From positions 71,529 to 126,437 of the forward strand of contig JALHQL010000001.1 of assembly GCA_022841985.1 (NCBI GenBank): 54,909 bases of DNA, written 5' to 3'. Positions within the stretch are counted from its first letter, which is position 1. Each line of letters opens with the position of its first letter. Of this stretch, positions 1 to 8,605 are shown in pieces. Under the pieces are notes generated by a model. That model searched no databases and was not told the origin of the DNA. It saw only the letters and a program-made list of their open reading frames with translations. The DNA comes from Minisyncoccota bacterium (GTDB taxonomy: Bacteria > Patescibacteriota > Minisyncoccia > Phycocordibacterales > Phycocordibacteraceae). Position numbers and translations under genes: made by a program.

Positions 1-2
1 TC

Positions 3-245
3 GGCGATCCGTACACCATCACACTTGATAAAGCGCTCGCTCTTCTTGCTGAACCAAAAAAATTGCCGAAAGGTACCGAGCTGGTAAAAGAAATTGGCAA
101 GCATCCGCGCACCGGAAAAAATCTCGTTCTCTATAAATCAAAACAAGGACTCTTCTTGAAGAAAGGTCTCCGCCGCATCTATCTCCCCGAAACTACAAAA
201 GCCGACTCGTTCACGCCGGAGGAAGCAGCTGAATACTTGAAATAG
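3..245 (+). CDS. topA: DNA topoisomerase I, C-terminal repeat region (partial, 5' end outside window)
   Basis: Open frame from base 3: GDPYTITLDKALALLAEPK...EIGKHPRTGKNLVLYKSKQGLFLKKG...FTPEEAAEYLK, resembling topoisomerase C-terminal repeats. Confidence 0.7.
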   Translation, partial: GDPYTITLDKALALLAEPKKLPKGTELVKEIGKHPRTGKNLVLYKSKQGLFLKKGLRRIYLPETTKADSFTPEEAAEYLK

Positions 246-285
246 ACTTGGGTGAGAAAAACAACGGCGATGTTATAGTACTTTT

Positions 286-1905
286 ATGACGCCCGTTAAG
301 GAAATTTTGGCTGAAATGACGAATGCCTCTCCCGAGGATATCGCATTCGTACAGAAAGCGTATGAATTCTCAAAGAAGGCACACGAGGGACAAAAACGCT
401 ATTCGGGTGAGCCCTATTTCATACATGCTGCGGCAACCGCGAAGATTCTTGCTGAATACGATATGGACGCAATCACCATTGCCGCAGGACTTCTTCACGA
501 TGCTGTCGAGGATGCGCGTGCCTCGCGCGAAGAAATCGAGAAAGAATTCGGAAATGAATTGCTTTTCATCGTCGATGGCGTAACTAAACTCGGCACCCAC
601 AAATACCGCGGTGCGGAGCGACATGCGGAGAGCCTCCGTCGACTACTTGTGGCAACCGCAAGCGACATACGCGTCCTTATCGTTAAGCTCGCTGACCGTT
701 TTCACAATATGCAGACGCTAGAACACGTGCCGGAACAGAAGCGTCGCCGCATCGCACTTGAAACACTTGAAATTTACGCACCTATCGCTGATCGACTTGG
801 TATGGGTAAAATGAAGAATGCTCTCGAAGACCTTGCGTTTCCTTATGTTGACCCCGATGCCGCAAATCACACTGCCGAAGTACGCAAACTGAAGACAAAA
901 GAGACTGAAGAAGGTCTTGCGAAAGTGCAAAAAGAACTTGAGAGCGAACTTACAAAGAAAAGCTTTGCAACACTCCGCACTGATATCCGCATGAAAGGGC
1001 TCTGGAGTCTGCACCAGAAACTCAAGAGAAAACATGACGACATTAGCCTCATCCATGATATCGCTGCCCTGCGCATTGTTGTGCCGACCGTTGAAGACTG
1101 TTATACAACGCTCGGCACCGTACACGCGCTCTACAAGCCGGTTCCTGGTGAGTTTAAAGACTACATCGCTTTCCCAAAACCGAACGGCTATCAATCACTC
1201 CACACGACCGTGGTAACCCCCGAAGCGGGTATCGTCGAAATCCAAATCCGCACTGAAGAGATGCATCGAGGGGCTCAGTTCGGCATCGCTTCCCACATGT
1301 CATATAAGCAATTAGGAAAAGGCATCGAAAAACTCGAGAAGGAAACTCAAAAGAGTAGATTTTCATCACTCTCGTTATCTTGGGTTCGCTGGATTATCCC
1401 TTCCCTTATGAAAGTAACAAAGAAGAAAAGTGAGGAAAAAAGTATCGCGAAGACACCTGTATGGCTCACCGAGCTTGCTGAGGCGCACACGGAAGTCATT
1501 GGGTCTAAGGAATTTGTTAATGGACTCAAAGAAGATTTTTTTTCGCACCGCGTATTCGTTTTCACCCCTAATGGAGACGTTATTGACCTTCCGGCAGCGT
1601 CAACGCCGATCGATTTCGCGTACGCAATACATAGCGATCTAGGAGACCATCTTCAAGGCGCAAAAGTGAACGGAAAACTTGTCTCGTTTGAGACGGTACT
1701 CGGCAATGGAGACGTCGTTGAGATAGTACGTCGAGATTCTGCACATCCCTCATCCAAATGGCTCGACATCGTACGAACCTCACTCGCGAGACGACACATC
1801 CGCGCTGCACTCGGCATGACTGAGTCAGAAAAATCATCCGAGGAAAAGAAGCCTCGAGCGCGCAAAGAAAAGACTGCAGGATTGCACAGGAAAACCGCTC
1901 ATTAA
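286..1905 (+). CDS. relA: RelA/SpoT family (p)ppGpp synthetase/hydrolase (HD + synthetase + TGS, no ACT domain)
   Basis: RYSGEPY, LLHDAVED, KLADRFHNM, PKPNGYQSLHT, EIQIRT, TGS motif TPIDFAYAIHS; -10 TATAGT 6 nt before ATG. Confidence 0.95.
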   Translation: MTPVKEILAEMTNASPEDIAFVQKAYEFSKKAHEGQKRYSGEPYFIHAAATAKILAEYDMDAITIAAGLLHDAVEDARASREEIEKEFGNELLFIVDGVTKLGTHKYRGAERHAESLRRLLVATASDIRVLIVKLADRFHNMQTLEHVPEQKRRRIALETLEIYAPIADRLGMGKMKNALEDLAFPYVDPDAANHTAEVRKLKTKETEEGLAKVQKELESELTKKSFATLRTDIRMKGLWSLHQKLKRKHDDISLIHDIAALRIVVPTVEDCYTTLGTVHALYKPVPGEFKDYIAFPKPNGYQSLHTTVVTPEAGIVEIQIRTEEMHRGAQFGIASHMSYKQLGKGIEKLEKETQKSRFSSLSLSWVRWIIPSLMKVTKKKSEEKSIAKTPVWLTELAEAHTEVIGSKEFVNGLKEDFFSHRVFVFTPNGDVIDLPAASTPIDFAYAIHSDLGDHLQGAKVNGKLVSFETVLGNGDVVEIVRRDSAHPSSKWLDIVRTSLARRHIRAALGMTESEKSSEEKKPRARKEKTAGLHRKTAH

Positions 1906-1934
1906 CAAATGAGCAAGTGCAGGAAGTAAGAAAT

Positions 1935-2942
1935 TTAAACCGAAAAATTGCTTACTGAGTAAAGGCTATCTTCCGAGGGTTCTTCGGGCGCAGCGAGTGC
2001 AATTGGGTCAGGCGGGAGTTGAGTAGTATTCGGAAATTCGAGCATAGATGTATTCGTCTTAGCAACAACCTCTGAAGACGAGATATTTGAGTTTTGTTGA
2101 GCTGCACGGACCGCAAGCGATGCCGCAAGCACCGAGAGATCTTCCGGAGAGAAAAAATCGATGAGTAAACGTCCTCCCTCGGCATTGGTTTCAATAATGA
2201 CGCGTGTACCAAGCGTCTCGGTCAAAGATTTTTCGAGTTCGACCATTTCGATTGACTTTCGATGATGCGTGCGCACTTTCTCTTGCGCGATGGAGCGTGC
2301 AATGCGCTCGGCGGCACGAACCGGAAGTCGTTTTAAAATAATTTCTTTGAAAAGAGTCTCTCGTTCTTCGGGACGACTATTGAGCGCCAGAAGCGGTCGT
2401 GCATGACCCTCGCTGATTTCTTTTTCCACGATGGCATTCTGCATGTGCTCGGGCAGCGTAAGGAGGCGAAGACTATTTGAGACGTATTCGCGACTTTTCC
2501 CGATCTTTGCCGCCGTCTCGGCGTGCGAGATACCGAACTCTTCAATCAATTTCTGCAGTGCTTTCGCGCGATCGATAGCATTAAGATCTTCCCGCTGAAG
2601 ATTTTCGATGATAGCGAGTTCGAGTTTCGTGAGATTGCTCTCTCCGTGGCGGATGACGACTGGTATCTGCTTCAACCCTGCAAGATTACTCGCGCGCAAA
2701 CGACGCTCGCCTGCGATGAGCTCATACACACTTTCAAGACCGCCGTCTGACTTCTCGACATCCGTACGACTGACCACGAGCGGTTGCAACACCCCGTATT
2801 GGCGAATACTTTCTGCAAGCGATCTGAGACCTTCTTCGCTGAATTCTTTCCGCGGCTGATACGGATTCGGTATGATCCTCTCGACTTCAATCCAAAAAAC
2901 AGAATCGTATTTGGTCGGAACGTAGCCTGCATCATCTTTCAT
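1935..2942 (-). CDS. parB: ParB/RepB/Spo0J partition protein
   Basis: PNPYQPR, GVLQPLVV, LIAGERRLRA, IENLQREDL, HTH GKSREYVSNSLRLL. Start moved to ATG 2942 because the longer ORF runs into tRNA-Leu. Confidence 0.93.
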   Translation of the reverse strand: MKDDAGYVPTKYDSVFWIEVERIIPNPYQPRKEFSEEGLRSLAESIRQYGVLQPLVVSRTDVEKSDGGLESVYELIAGERRLRASNLAGLKQIPVVIRHGESNLTKLELAIIENLQREDLNAIDRAKALQKLIEEFGISHAETAAKIGKSREYVSNSLRLLTLPEHMQNAIVEKEISEGHARPLLALNSRPEERETLFKEIILKRLPVRAAERIARSIAQEKVRTHHRKSIEMVELEKSLTETLGTRVIIETNAEGGRLLIDFFSPEDLSVLAASLAVRAAQQNSNISSSEVVAKTNTSMLEFPNTTQLPPDPIALAAPEEPSEDSLYSVSNFSV

Positions 2943-2998
2943 TAACGCAATTCTAACATGGTGAAAATATGATTGCGAAATGGTACTGTGCACTCTAA

Positions 2999-3083
2999 GC
3001 CGGGATGGCGGAATTGGTAGACGCAACGGATTCAAAACCCGTCGTCGCAAGACATGAGAGTTCGAGTCTCTCTCCCGGCACCA
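2999..3083 (+). tRNA. tRNA-Leu(CAA)
   Basis: GCCGGGA/TCCCGGC acceptor stem, anticodon arm ACGGA-TTCAAAA-CCCGT, long variable arm, GTTCGAG T-loop, encoded CCA. Confidence 0.95.
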
Positions 3084-3088
3084 GAAAT

Positions 3089-3120
3089 AAAATCGACCCT
3101 CAAGGGTCGATTTTGCTTTT
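3089..3120. terminator. Bidirectional intrinsic terminator between tRNA-Leu and ahpC
   Basis: AAAATCGACCCT/AGGGTCGATTTT hairpin with A/T tails, between convergent genes. Confidence 0.75.
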
Positions 3121-3780
3121 CTACAACTTCCCTACTAAATCGAGACCCGGCTCGAGCGTGTCGTCGCCCGGTTCCCAAGATGCAGGACAGACCTGACCCT
3201 TGTGCGTCTCGACATATTGTGCCGCCTGGAGTTTACGCAATGTCTCTGAACCCTTGCGACCAATTGAGTTATCGCTAATCTCCATCGAGCGGAGTATACC
3301 GGATGGATCGATGATAAATGTCCCCCGAAGCGCAAGACCTTCATCTGGCGTAAATGCTATCTCCCCACCCTCGATGAGTACTCCGAAAGCAGACGATATT
3401 TTTCCTGAGGGATCGGCAGCCATTGGATATGAAATTTCCTTAATACCAGCCGACGTATCGTGCCATGCTTTGTGGGTGAAGACAGTGTCAGAAGAAACCG
3501 AGATGATTTCGGCATTAAGCTCTTGAAACTTCGGATACAATTTTGCAAGCTCCTCAAGCTCAGTCGGACAGATAAATGTAAAATCCGCCGGATAGAAGAC
3601 AAGGACCGTCCACTTACCGCGAAGTTGCGAGAAACTCATCGTTTTAATAACGCCTTGGTGAAAAGTCTCGAATTCAAAATCAGGCACCGTGGCACCCACT
3701 TTCACCTGCGAAACATAGTCGCGCACTAGATCATGGAACTCGCCGCAATTCTCACAATAGTTGCTTTTAGTATCTTTCAT
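3121..3780 (-). CDS. ahpC: Typical 2-Cys peroxiredoxin (AhpC)
   Basis: FYPADFTFICPTE peroxidatic motif and QVCPASW resolving Cys. Confidence 0.92.
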   Translation of the reverse strand: MKDTKSNYCENCGEFHDLVRDYVSQVKVGATVPDFEFETFHQGVIKTMSFSQLRGKWTVLVFYPADFTFICPTELEELAKLYPKFQELNAEIISVSSDTVFTHKAWHDTSAGIKEISYPMAADPSGKISSAFGVLIEGGEIAFTPDEGLALRGTFIIDPSGILRSMEISDNSIGRKGSETLRKLQAAQYVETHKGQVCPASWEPGDDTLEPGLDLVGKL

Positions 3781-3802
3781 ATTTTTTGATTACGCTTCCA
3801 CC

Positions 3803-4672
3803 ATGATACCATCGCTCGCAGTGCAAAGACAAATAAAAGAACCCATTCTACTTATCATGGGGCCTACGGCCTCAGGCAAGTCTTCTCGTGCGGTCGAGGA
3901 AGCGCTCGCTCGAAACGGAGAAATAATTTCTGTCGATTCACGACAGGTATATCGCGGCCTCGACATCGGTACAGAGAAAATAACGCCCGAAGAGATGCGA
4001 AGTATACCGCATCACCTTATCGATATTCGCAACCCGGAAGAAAACTATTCTGCGGGAGATTTTTTCATTGATGCGACGCGTCTCATTACAGAAATTTCAG
4101 CGCGTGGGAAACTCCCCATTCTCGTCGGAGGAACGCATTTTTACTTTGATGCACTCCTTAAAGGTCTTCCGATTGGAATTGATGCAAATCTCATTCTTCG
4201 CGAAGAACTTGAGAAACTCCCAACTGAAGAACTTGCTCAGCGTGTTATTGTGCGCGATCCGCGTCGTGCGAGCGAACTTGATACAAAGAATCGTCGTCGC
4301 CTTATTCGTGCACTTGAAATTATTGACTTAAAAGGAGAAGTGCCGATACGGACATTGTCCGAGCCAACATATAAAGTCGAATGGATTATCATCGATCCCT
4401 CAAAGGAAGAACTGCAGCCGAGGATTGACATGCGACTTAAGAGCGCTCTCGATCGCGGACTCATAGATGAAGTACGCCGTGTGCACCAAGCAGTAGGTGA
4501 CACGCGACTAAATGAGCTCGGACTTGAGTACAAAATTGTGGGCGAGTTTTTACGCGAAGAACGAACTAAGGAATCGCTCCTTCCCGCTCTCTCGGCGAAA
4601 CTTTGGCAGTACGCACGCCGTCAGAAAGCGTGGTTACGCAAGCTGCACAATGAATCATTGTTAATAAATTAA
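3803..4672 (+). CDS. miaA: tRNA dimethylallyltransferase (start uncertain, 3803 or 3821)
   Basis: GPTASGKS, SVDSRQVYRGLDIGTEK, VGGTHFY, YARRQKAW. Confidence 0.95.
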   Translation: MIPSLAVQRQIKEPILLIMGPTASGKSSRAVEEALARNGEIISVDSRQVYRGLDIGTEKITPEEMRSIPHHLIDIRNPEENYSAGDFFIDATRLITEISARGKLPILVGGTHFYFDALLKGLPIGIDANLILREELEKLPTEELAQRVIVRDPRRASELDTKNRRRLIRALEIIDLKGEVPIRTLSEPTYKVEWIIIDPSKEELQPRIDMRLKSALDRGLIDEVRRVHQAVGDTRLNELGLEYKIVGEFLREERTKESLLPALSAKLWQYARRQKAWLRKLHNESLLIN

Positions 4673-5565
4673 TTACATCCGCACGACCTGCCAACACTCA
4701 CGTGAAGATGGTCGCCCTCATTCTCGACGTAATTCGCTCCACACGCTGTGGCTGCTGCAGAAAGTACCTGTGTGTTTTGCTGATCGCCAAAATCAACTGC
4801 ATAGGAGCTGCCGACGCAAGACCTTCCCCCATAATGACAGGAGTTCGCAGCATGTTGGCACCTGCCAGCCACACATTGCGCGAATGTGTTTTGGCCACTC
4901 GTTATTTGACTATCAGAAATAGAAGAGATTCTACCGACTCCCGCCGGCACTCTTGTAACCATGCAAGACAGCAATGATTGCAATGCTCCTGATGCATGCG
5001 CCACCTGCGCTTCTATCCCGGAATCATAAGTGAATCTGCCGGGTGCAACTCCCGGGGCTGTCTCAAGACCAGGGGCTGTTACTGCAGGTGCCAAACCCTC
5101 ACCAGGAAGAGCCCCCCTTTGCTCAAGACAGGAGTCGATACCTCTCGAACCAACAATGAGACTCGACCACGTCTGTCCAACGCCAGATGGGTTGTAGAGC
5201 ACCGCCATAATTGCAGCAACAATCATCCAAGCAGCAAGCGAAATAACGATGCCGATAACTGTATTCCAAAGGATAGTTTTTGCTTTTTGAACATCTCCGG
5301 CCGATGTCGGATTAACCACCATGAGAAAGCCCGCATACCCAATCATAAGAGGCGCGACGAAGACGATAGCAATCGTTAACGCAAAACTAATGATGTTGTT
5401 AATGACTTCCATAAGCATGCCAAAACTCGCCGGACACACAGCCTGATTGCCGGCCTGTGGAATAATGGGGCCGAAGAAAGGTATCCCGCCCGCATATGCA
5501 ACAAGAGGCAATGCAAGCGAGCTCACGAAAAACAGAAGTGTGAAGAAAGAGATTCGAGAACGCAT
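4669..5565 (-). CDS. CPR pilin-like (TrbC/VirB2-type) membrane protein with C-terminal Cys-rich M15-like metallopeptidase domain
   Basis: Signal peptide, two TM helices around GDVQKAKTILWNTVIG, C-terminal SCHYGG...AVDF and HLHVS. Start ATG 5565 has TATGAT 6 nt upstream. Confidence 0.6.
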   Translation of the reverse strand: MRSRISFFTLLFFVSSLALPLVAYAGGIPFFGPIIPQAGNQAVCPASFGMLMEVINNIISFALTIAIVFVAPLMIGYAGFLMVVNPTSAGDVQKAKTILWNTVIGIVISLAAWMIVAAIMAVLYNPSGVGQTWSSLIVGSRGIDSCLEQRGALPGEGLAPAVTAPGLETAPGVAPGRFTYDSGIEAQVAHASGALQSLLSCMVTRVPAGVGRISSISDSQITSGQNTFAQCVAGRCQHAANSCHYGGRSCVGSSYAVDFGDQQNTQVLSAAATACGANYVENEGDHLHVSVGRSCGCN

Positions 5566-5724
5566 GGGTCTATCATACCGCGTGCCGCTCCGTGTCGCCC
5601 GACTTTTCCCCCACACAGGTTTTGCCTGCTGGCAAAACCCGCGAGCACACCTCTTTCGCTCAGTCCGGCCTTACGAAGTGCCAGGTATTCGCTTCTCACC
5701 ACCTATCTGGTATCGTTCAGATAC

Positions 5725-5795
5725 GGGTCCATCGTATAATGGTAGTACATCGGTCTCCAAAACCGACAGCCCAGGTCCGATTCCTGGTGGGCCCG
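5725..5795 (+). tRNA. tRNA-Trp(CCA)
   Basis: GGGTCCA/TGGGCCC acceptor, anticodon arm TCGGT-CTCCAAA-ACCGA; T-loop TCCGATT is atypical; CCA not encoded. Confidence 0.88.
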
Positions 5796-5932
5796 CAAAA
5801 TGAGAAAAGACTGGACCGCTCCAGTCTTTTCTCATTTTGCGGGGACCGGAGCGATGTTTCTTCAGCAGAAGAAACCGCGAGGCGGGGGTAGCGGAAAATC
5901 CTTTGCGGCGACAAAGGATTTATCCGTGACCG
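5792..5932. repeat. Hairpin array downstream of tRNA-Trp
   Basis: Perfect 24-bp inverted repeat 5792-5815/5820-5843, then GTTTCTTC-agca-GAAGAAAC and AATCCTTTG-cggcga-CAAAGGATT. Confidence 0.8.
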
Positions 5933-5986
5933 CAAGAGAACAATTCCTTGAAATAAATTATTCGCAAGATACGCTCATGATTCAAA

Positions 5987-6784
5987 CTATTTTTCGGCGC
6001 GACCGTGATCATCTTTGAGTCGGACGATGTCGTTCTCGTCAACATTTCCCAATCCGATCTCTACGATAATTCCGCCGCATCTTGATTCAAGCCGATGAAC
6101 TGCTTTACGATCGACAACGACAACTTCCCCCTTTTTTAAAGGCGTACGATAGAATGTCCCATCCGACTTCTGAAGTGTTGCCGTAACGTCACCCTCGACG
6201 AGGATCCAGTGCTCGGCACGATGTTGATGCTGCTGTAAGCTCAAACGCTTTCCGGCCTTTACATAGACTGTCTTCAGTTTCCACTCTTTTCCAGAATCCC
6301 ATCCGTAGAATTCACCCCACGGGCGTACTGATCGAGCGAAGTTACGGCTTGCATCGCGCGCAAGCCACGACGATGATTGCACTTTCCCGCCATGGCCAAT
6401 ATTAAAAACCATTTTAATATTATGTTTCTCACACACGATAGCTTCAGGGATATCTTTCGTACTTTTGCGGTCGCCGCCGTTTGCAAATATCGCTGGTTTT
6501 AATTTGGCAAGTTCGCGACAAACACTTCTATCTGGATCATTCGGCTTATGCGAGGTCAGAACAACCTTATCGACAAACGGAAACGAAGCAATGATTTCTG
6601 CTCGTTCTTTCTCAGGCATAAATACATATCCTTTTTTTGAGACGAGCCAGTGATCATTGTTGATGATGACAACAAGCTTGTCGCCGAATTTTTTCGCTTT
6701 TTCAAACATGCGGACATGTCCGACATGTATTGGATCAAAGCCGCCCGATACAGCGACCCAATTAGCTTTCTTGGAGATCTTCAT
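5987..6784 (-). CDS. Cytidylyltransferase-like (HxGH) domain fused to mannose-6-phosphate isomerase-type cupin
   Basis: SGGFDPIHVGH, FANGGDR, KVQSSS; C-terminal RPWG, RLSLQQHQHRAEHW, ENDIVRLKDDHGR. Confidence 0.85.
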   Translation of the reverse strand: MKISKKANWVAVSGGFDPIHVGHVRMFEKAKKFGDKLVVIINNDHWLVSKKGYVFMPEKERAEIIASFPFVDKVVLTSHKPNDPDRSVCRELAKLKPAIFANGGDRKSTKDIPEAIVCEKHNIKMVFNIGHGGKVQSSSWLARDASRNFARSVRPWGEFYGWDSGKEWKLKTVYVKAGKRLSLQQHQHRAEHWILVEGDVTATLQKSDGTFYRTPLKKGEVVVVDRKAVHRLESRCGGIIVEIGLGNVDENDIVRLKDDHGRAEK

Positions 6785-6974
6785 GAAAGAAGAATAAGTT
6801 GATATCACCAACTTCGCAAATCTAACCTGCACTCTGGAATATCCCCAGCCATTCCTTGCGTTTTCTACATATTTCTGGCATATTAACGCCACTCGCAGAG
6901 TATTCGAACTTCGCGCTCTAAAAGAGTAAGCAAAGTTTTCAGTTTCAGCGAGATTAACCAGTTTAGATCTACAC

Positions 6975-7334
6975 ATGGACCATCAGCAGTCAGCAGCATC
7001 AGTGCAAAGCAACAAACTTTACGTAGGCGGCATCCCTTATCGCTCGACAGAAGACGATCTCAAGAAAGCCTTTAGCGAGGCCGGAAATGTCGTTTCCGCG
7101 AGCATTATCAGCGACCGTATGACAGGTCGTTCACGAGGCTTTGGCTTCGTCGAAATGGCAACCGAGGCGGAAGCCCAGGCAGCTATCGACCGTTTGGACG
7201 GCAAGGAACTCGACGGGCGTACGCTCTCGGTATCCTTTGCTCGCCCACAAGGTGATCGTCCCCCACGCCGCGAAGGCGGTTTTGGAGGTGGTGATCGCGG
7301 CGGTAATAGCGGCTACGGCCGAGGCGGATACTAA
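6975..7334 (+). CDS. RRM RNA-binding protein with Gly/Arg-rich tail
   Basis: KLYVGGI (RNP2), RGFGFVEM (RNP1), GGFGGGDRGG tail. Confidence 0.95.
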   Translation: MDHQQSAASVQSNKLYVGGIPYRSTEDDLKKAFSEAGNVVSASIISDRMTGRSRGFGFVEMATEAEAQAAIDRLDGKELDGRTLSVSFARPQGDRPPRREGGFGGGDRGGNSGYGRGGY

Positions 7335-7351
7335 TCCTTTATCGAATATTT

Positions 7352-7390
7352 AAGAAAGCCCGCCCTCTTTTAGAGGGCGGGCTTTCTTTA
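7352..7390 (+). terminator. Intrinsic terminator
   Basis: 17-bp stem AAGAAAGCCCGCCCTCT/AGAGGGCGGGCTTTCTT. Confidence 0.8.
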
Positions 7391-7409
7391 TGTGTGCTAG
7401 CGTTTCCTC

Positions 7410-8333
7410 ATGATTCGCGACGAACAATGGCTTCTTAATGAAAAATATGCCGGAAAGGAAAGCGCTGAATATGAAGCCGATAAAAAGCGGCTCGCCAAAG
7501 GCGAGCCGCTTGGATACGTGATTGGTTGGCAGCCGTTTCTCGGTCTAAAAATCTATCTCGACTCAAAACCTCTCATCCCCCGTCCCGAAACAGAATGGTG
7601 GGTCGAGCAGCTTACAAATGCGATTTCTGGGACTCCGTACCGTGCAACGGTGCAAGCAGAAGAAACATTTTCAGCGACTTTATTTTCTTATAAGCGAAGC
7701 GAATTAGAAAATAAAAAGTACTCTTGTGGTGCAAAAAACGATTCCGTGCCCAGAAATCGCATTTGTGAGTTGCGATTTTTGGATCTCTGTGCCGGTTCCG
7801 GCGCTATCGGCTGCGCAGCGCTCGCAAGGATGCCTGGCGCTCAAGTCTATTTCGGCGAGATCGACCCGGCGCACGAAGCAACCATTCAAAAAAATATACG
7901 TGAAAATAATCTTGATGCTTCTCGCGCCGATATTCGCATCGGTGATTTATTTGAGCCATTTAGCGCAACCAATTTTTCTTGTCCATACTCGAACTTAGAA
8001 AAATGGAAGTACCCTTGTGGTGATATGCAATTCGATATCATCGCAGCGAATCCACCCTACATTCCCATCGACCGCGAACTCCCCGCAAGCGTCGCGGACC
8101 ACGAACCGGCACGTGCGCTCTTTGCCGGAGATGATGGACTCGATGTTATTCGCCGCATTGCGACAGCGCTTCCGAAACATCTAGCCGAAAATGGAGTTGC
8201 ATGGGTCGAATGTGACAGTTCCAAAGTCGAAGAGGCTCAAAAACTGTTTGTGGCGCAAGGTTTCTCGACCGAGATACGCACCGACCAATACGGCAAACCG
8301 CGCATCCTTGTAGTATCATTTTCTCAATGCTAA
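7410..8333 (+). CDS. prmC: Release factor glutamine methyltransferase (HemK/PrmC) with two in-frame insertions
   Basis: GEPLGYVIG, LIPRPETE, LDLCAGSG, ANPPY, HEP..ALFAG.DGLD. Confidence 0.92.
   Translation: MIRDEQWLLNEKYAGKESAEYEADKKRLAKGEPLGYVIGWQPFLGLKIYLDSKPLIPRPETEWWVEQLTNAISGTPYRATVQAEETFSATLFSYKRSELENKKYSCGAKNDSVPRNRICELRFLDLCAGSGAIGCAALARMPGAQVYFGEIDPAHEATIQKNIRENNLDASRADIRIGDLFEPFSATNFSCPYSNLEKWKYPCGDMQFDIIAANPPYIPIDRELPASVADHEPARALFAGDDGLDVIRRIATALPKHLAENGVAWVECDSSKVEEAQKLFVAQGFSTEIRTDQYGKPRILVVSFSQC
7611..7769. repeat. 159-bp palindromic element inserted in frame in prmC
   Basis: 21-bp terminal inverted repeats (7611-7631/7749-7769, one mismatch), internal hairpins, length exactly 53 codons. 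Confidence 0.75.
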
Positions 8334-8605
8334 CTCAGTCACTCCCTCACTTTGACCCTTCTATACTTTTCACAAAATTGAACCTTCCTGGAACTTTTTC
8401 CGAGAGTACTCTAGTGATCTTGATTCTGTGCACTATCCTTGCCTTCTGGGCAATGTATACGCTCGTTGCCATCTATCATTGGCTCAAATATTCTCACGCT
8501 TCATGGGTTGCGTTCCCTGCAATATCCGTACATCTTTTCATATCGATCGCGATCATATCCTACGCACTCTACGGCAACATACCATTCCTTATTTCTTATT
8601 TATGA
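8327..8605 (+). CDS. Small hypothetical membrane protein (2 TM)
   Basis: Two hydrophobic segments; overlaps the prmC stop and the next start (coupled). Confidence 0.65.
   Translation: MLTQSLPHFDPSILFTKLNLPGTFSESTLVILILCTILAFWAMYTLVAIYHWLKYSHASWVAFPAISVHLFISIAIISYALYGNIPFLISYL

Noticed and set aside
2943-3196. ParB N-terminal extension and ORFs 3005-3196 and 3054-3278
   Set aside because: They overlap tRNA-Leu; the ParB start at 2942 has its own -10 element.
4695-4710. TCACGTGA core resembling parS near parB
   Set aside because: Flanks do not match TGTTTCACGTGAAACA and it lies in a coding HLHVS motif.
5447-6018. Several 70-120 aa ORFs around tRNA-Trp
   Set aside because: They are translations of the tRNA and hairpin array with no protein-like features.
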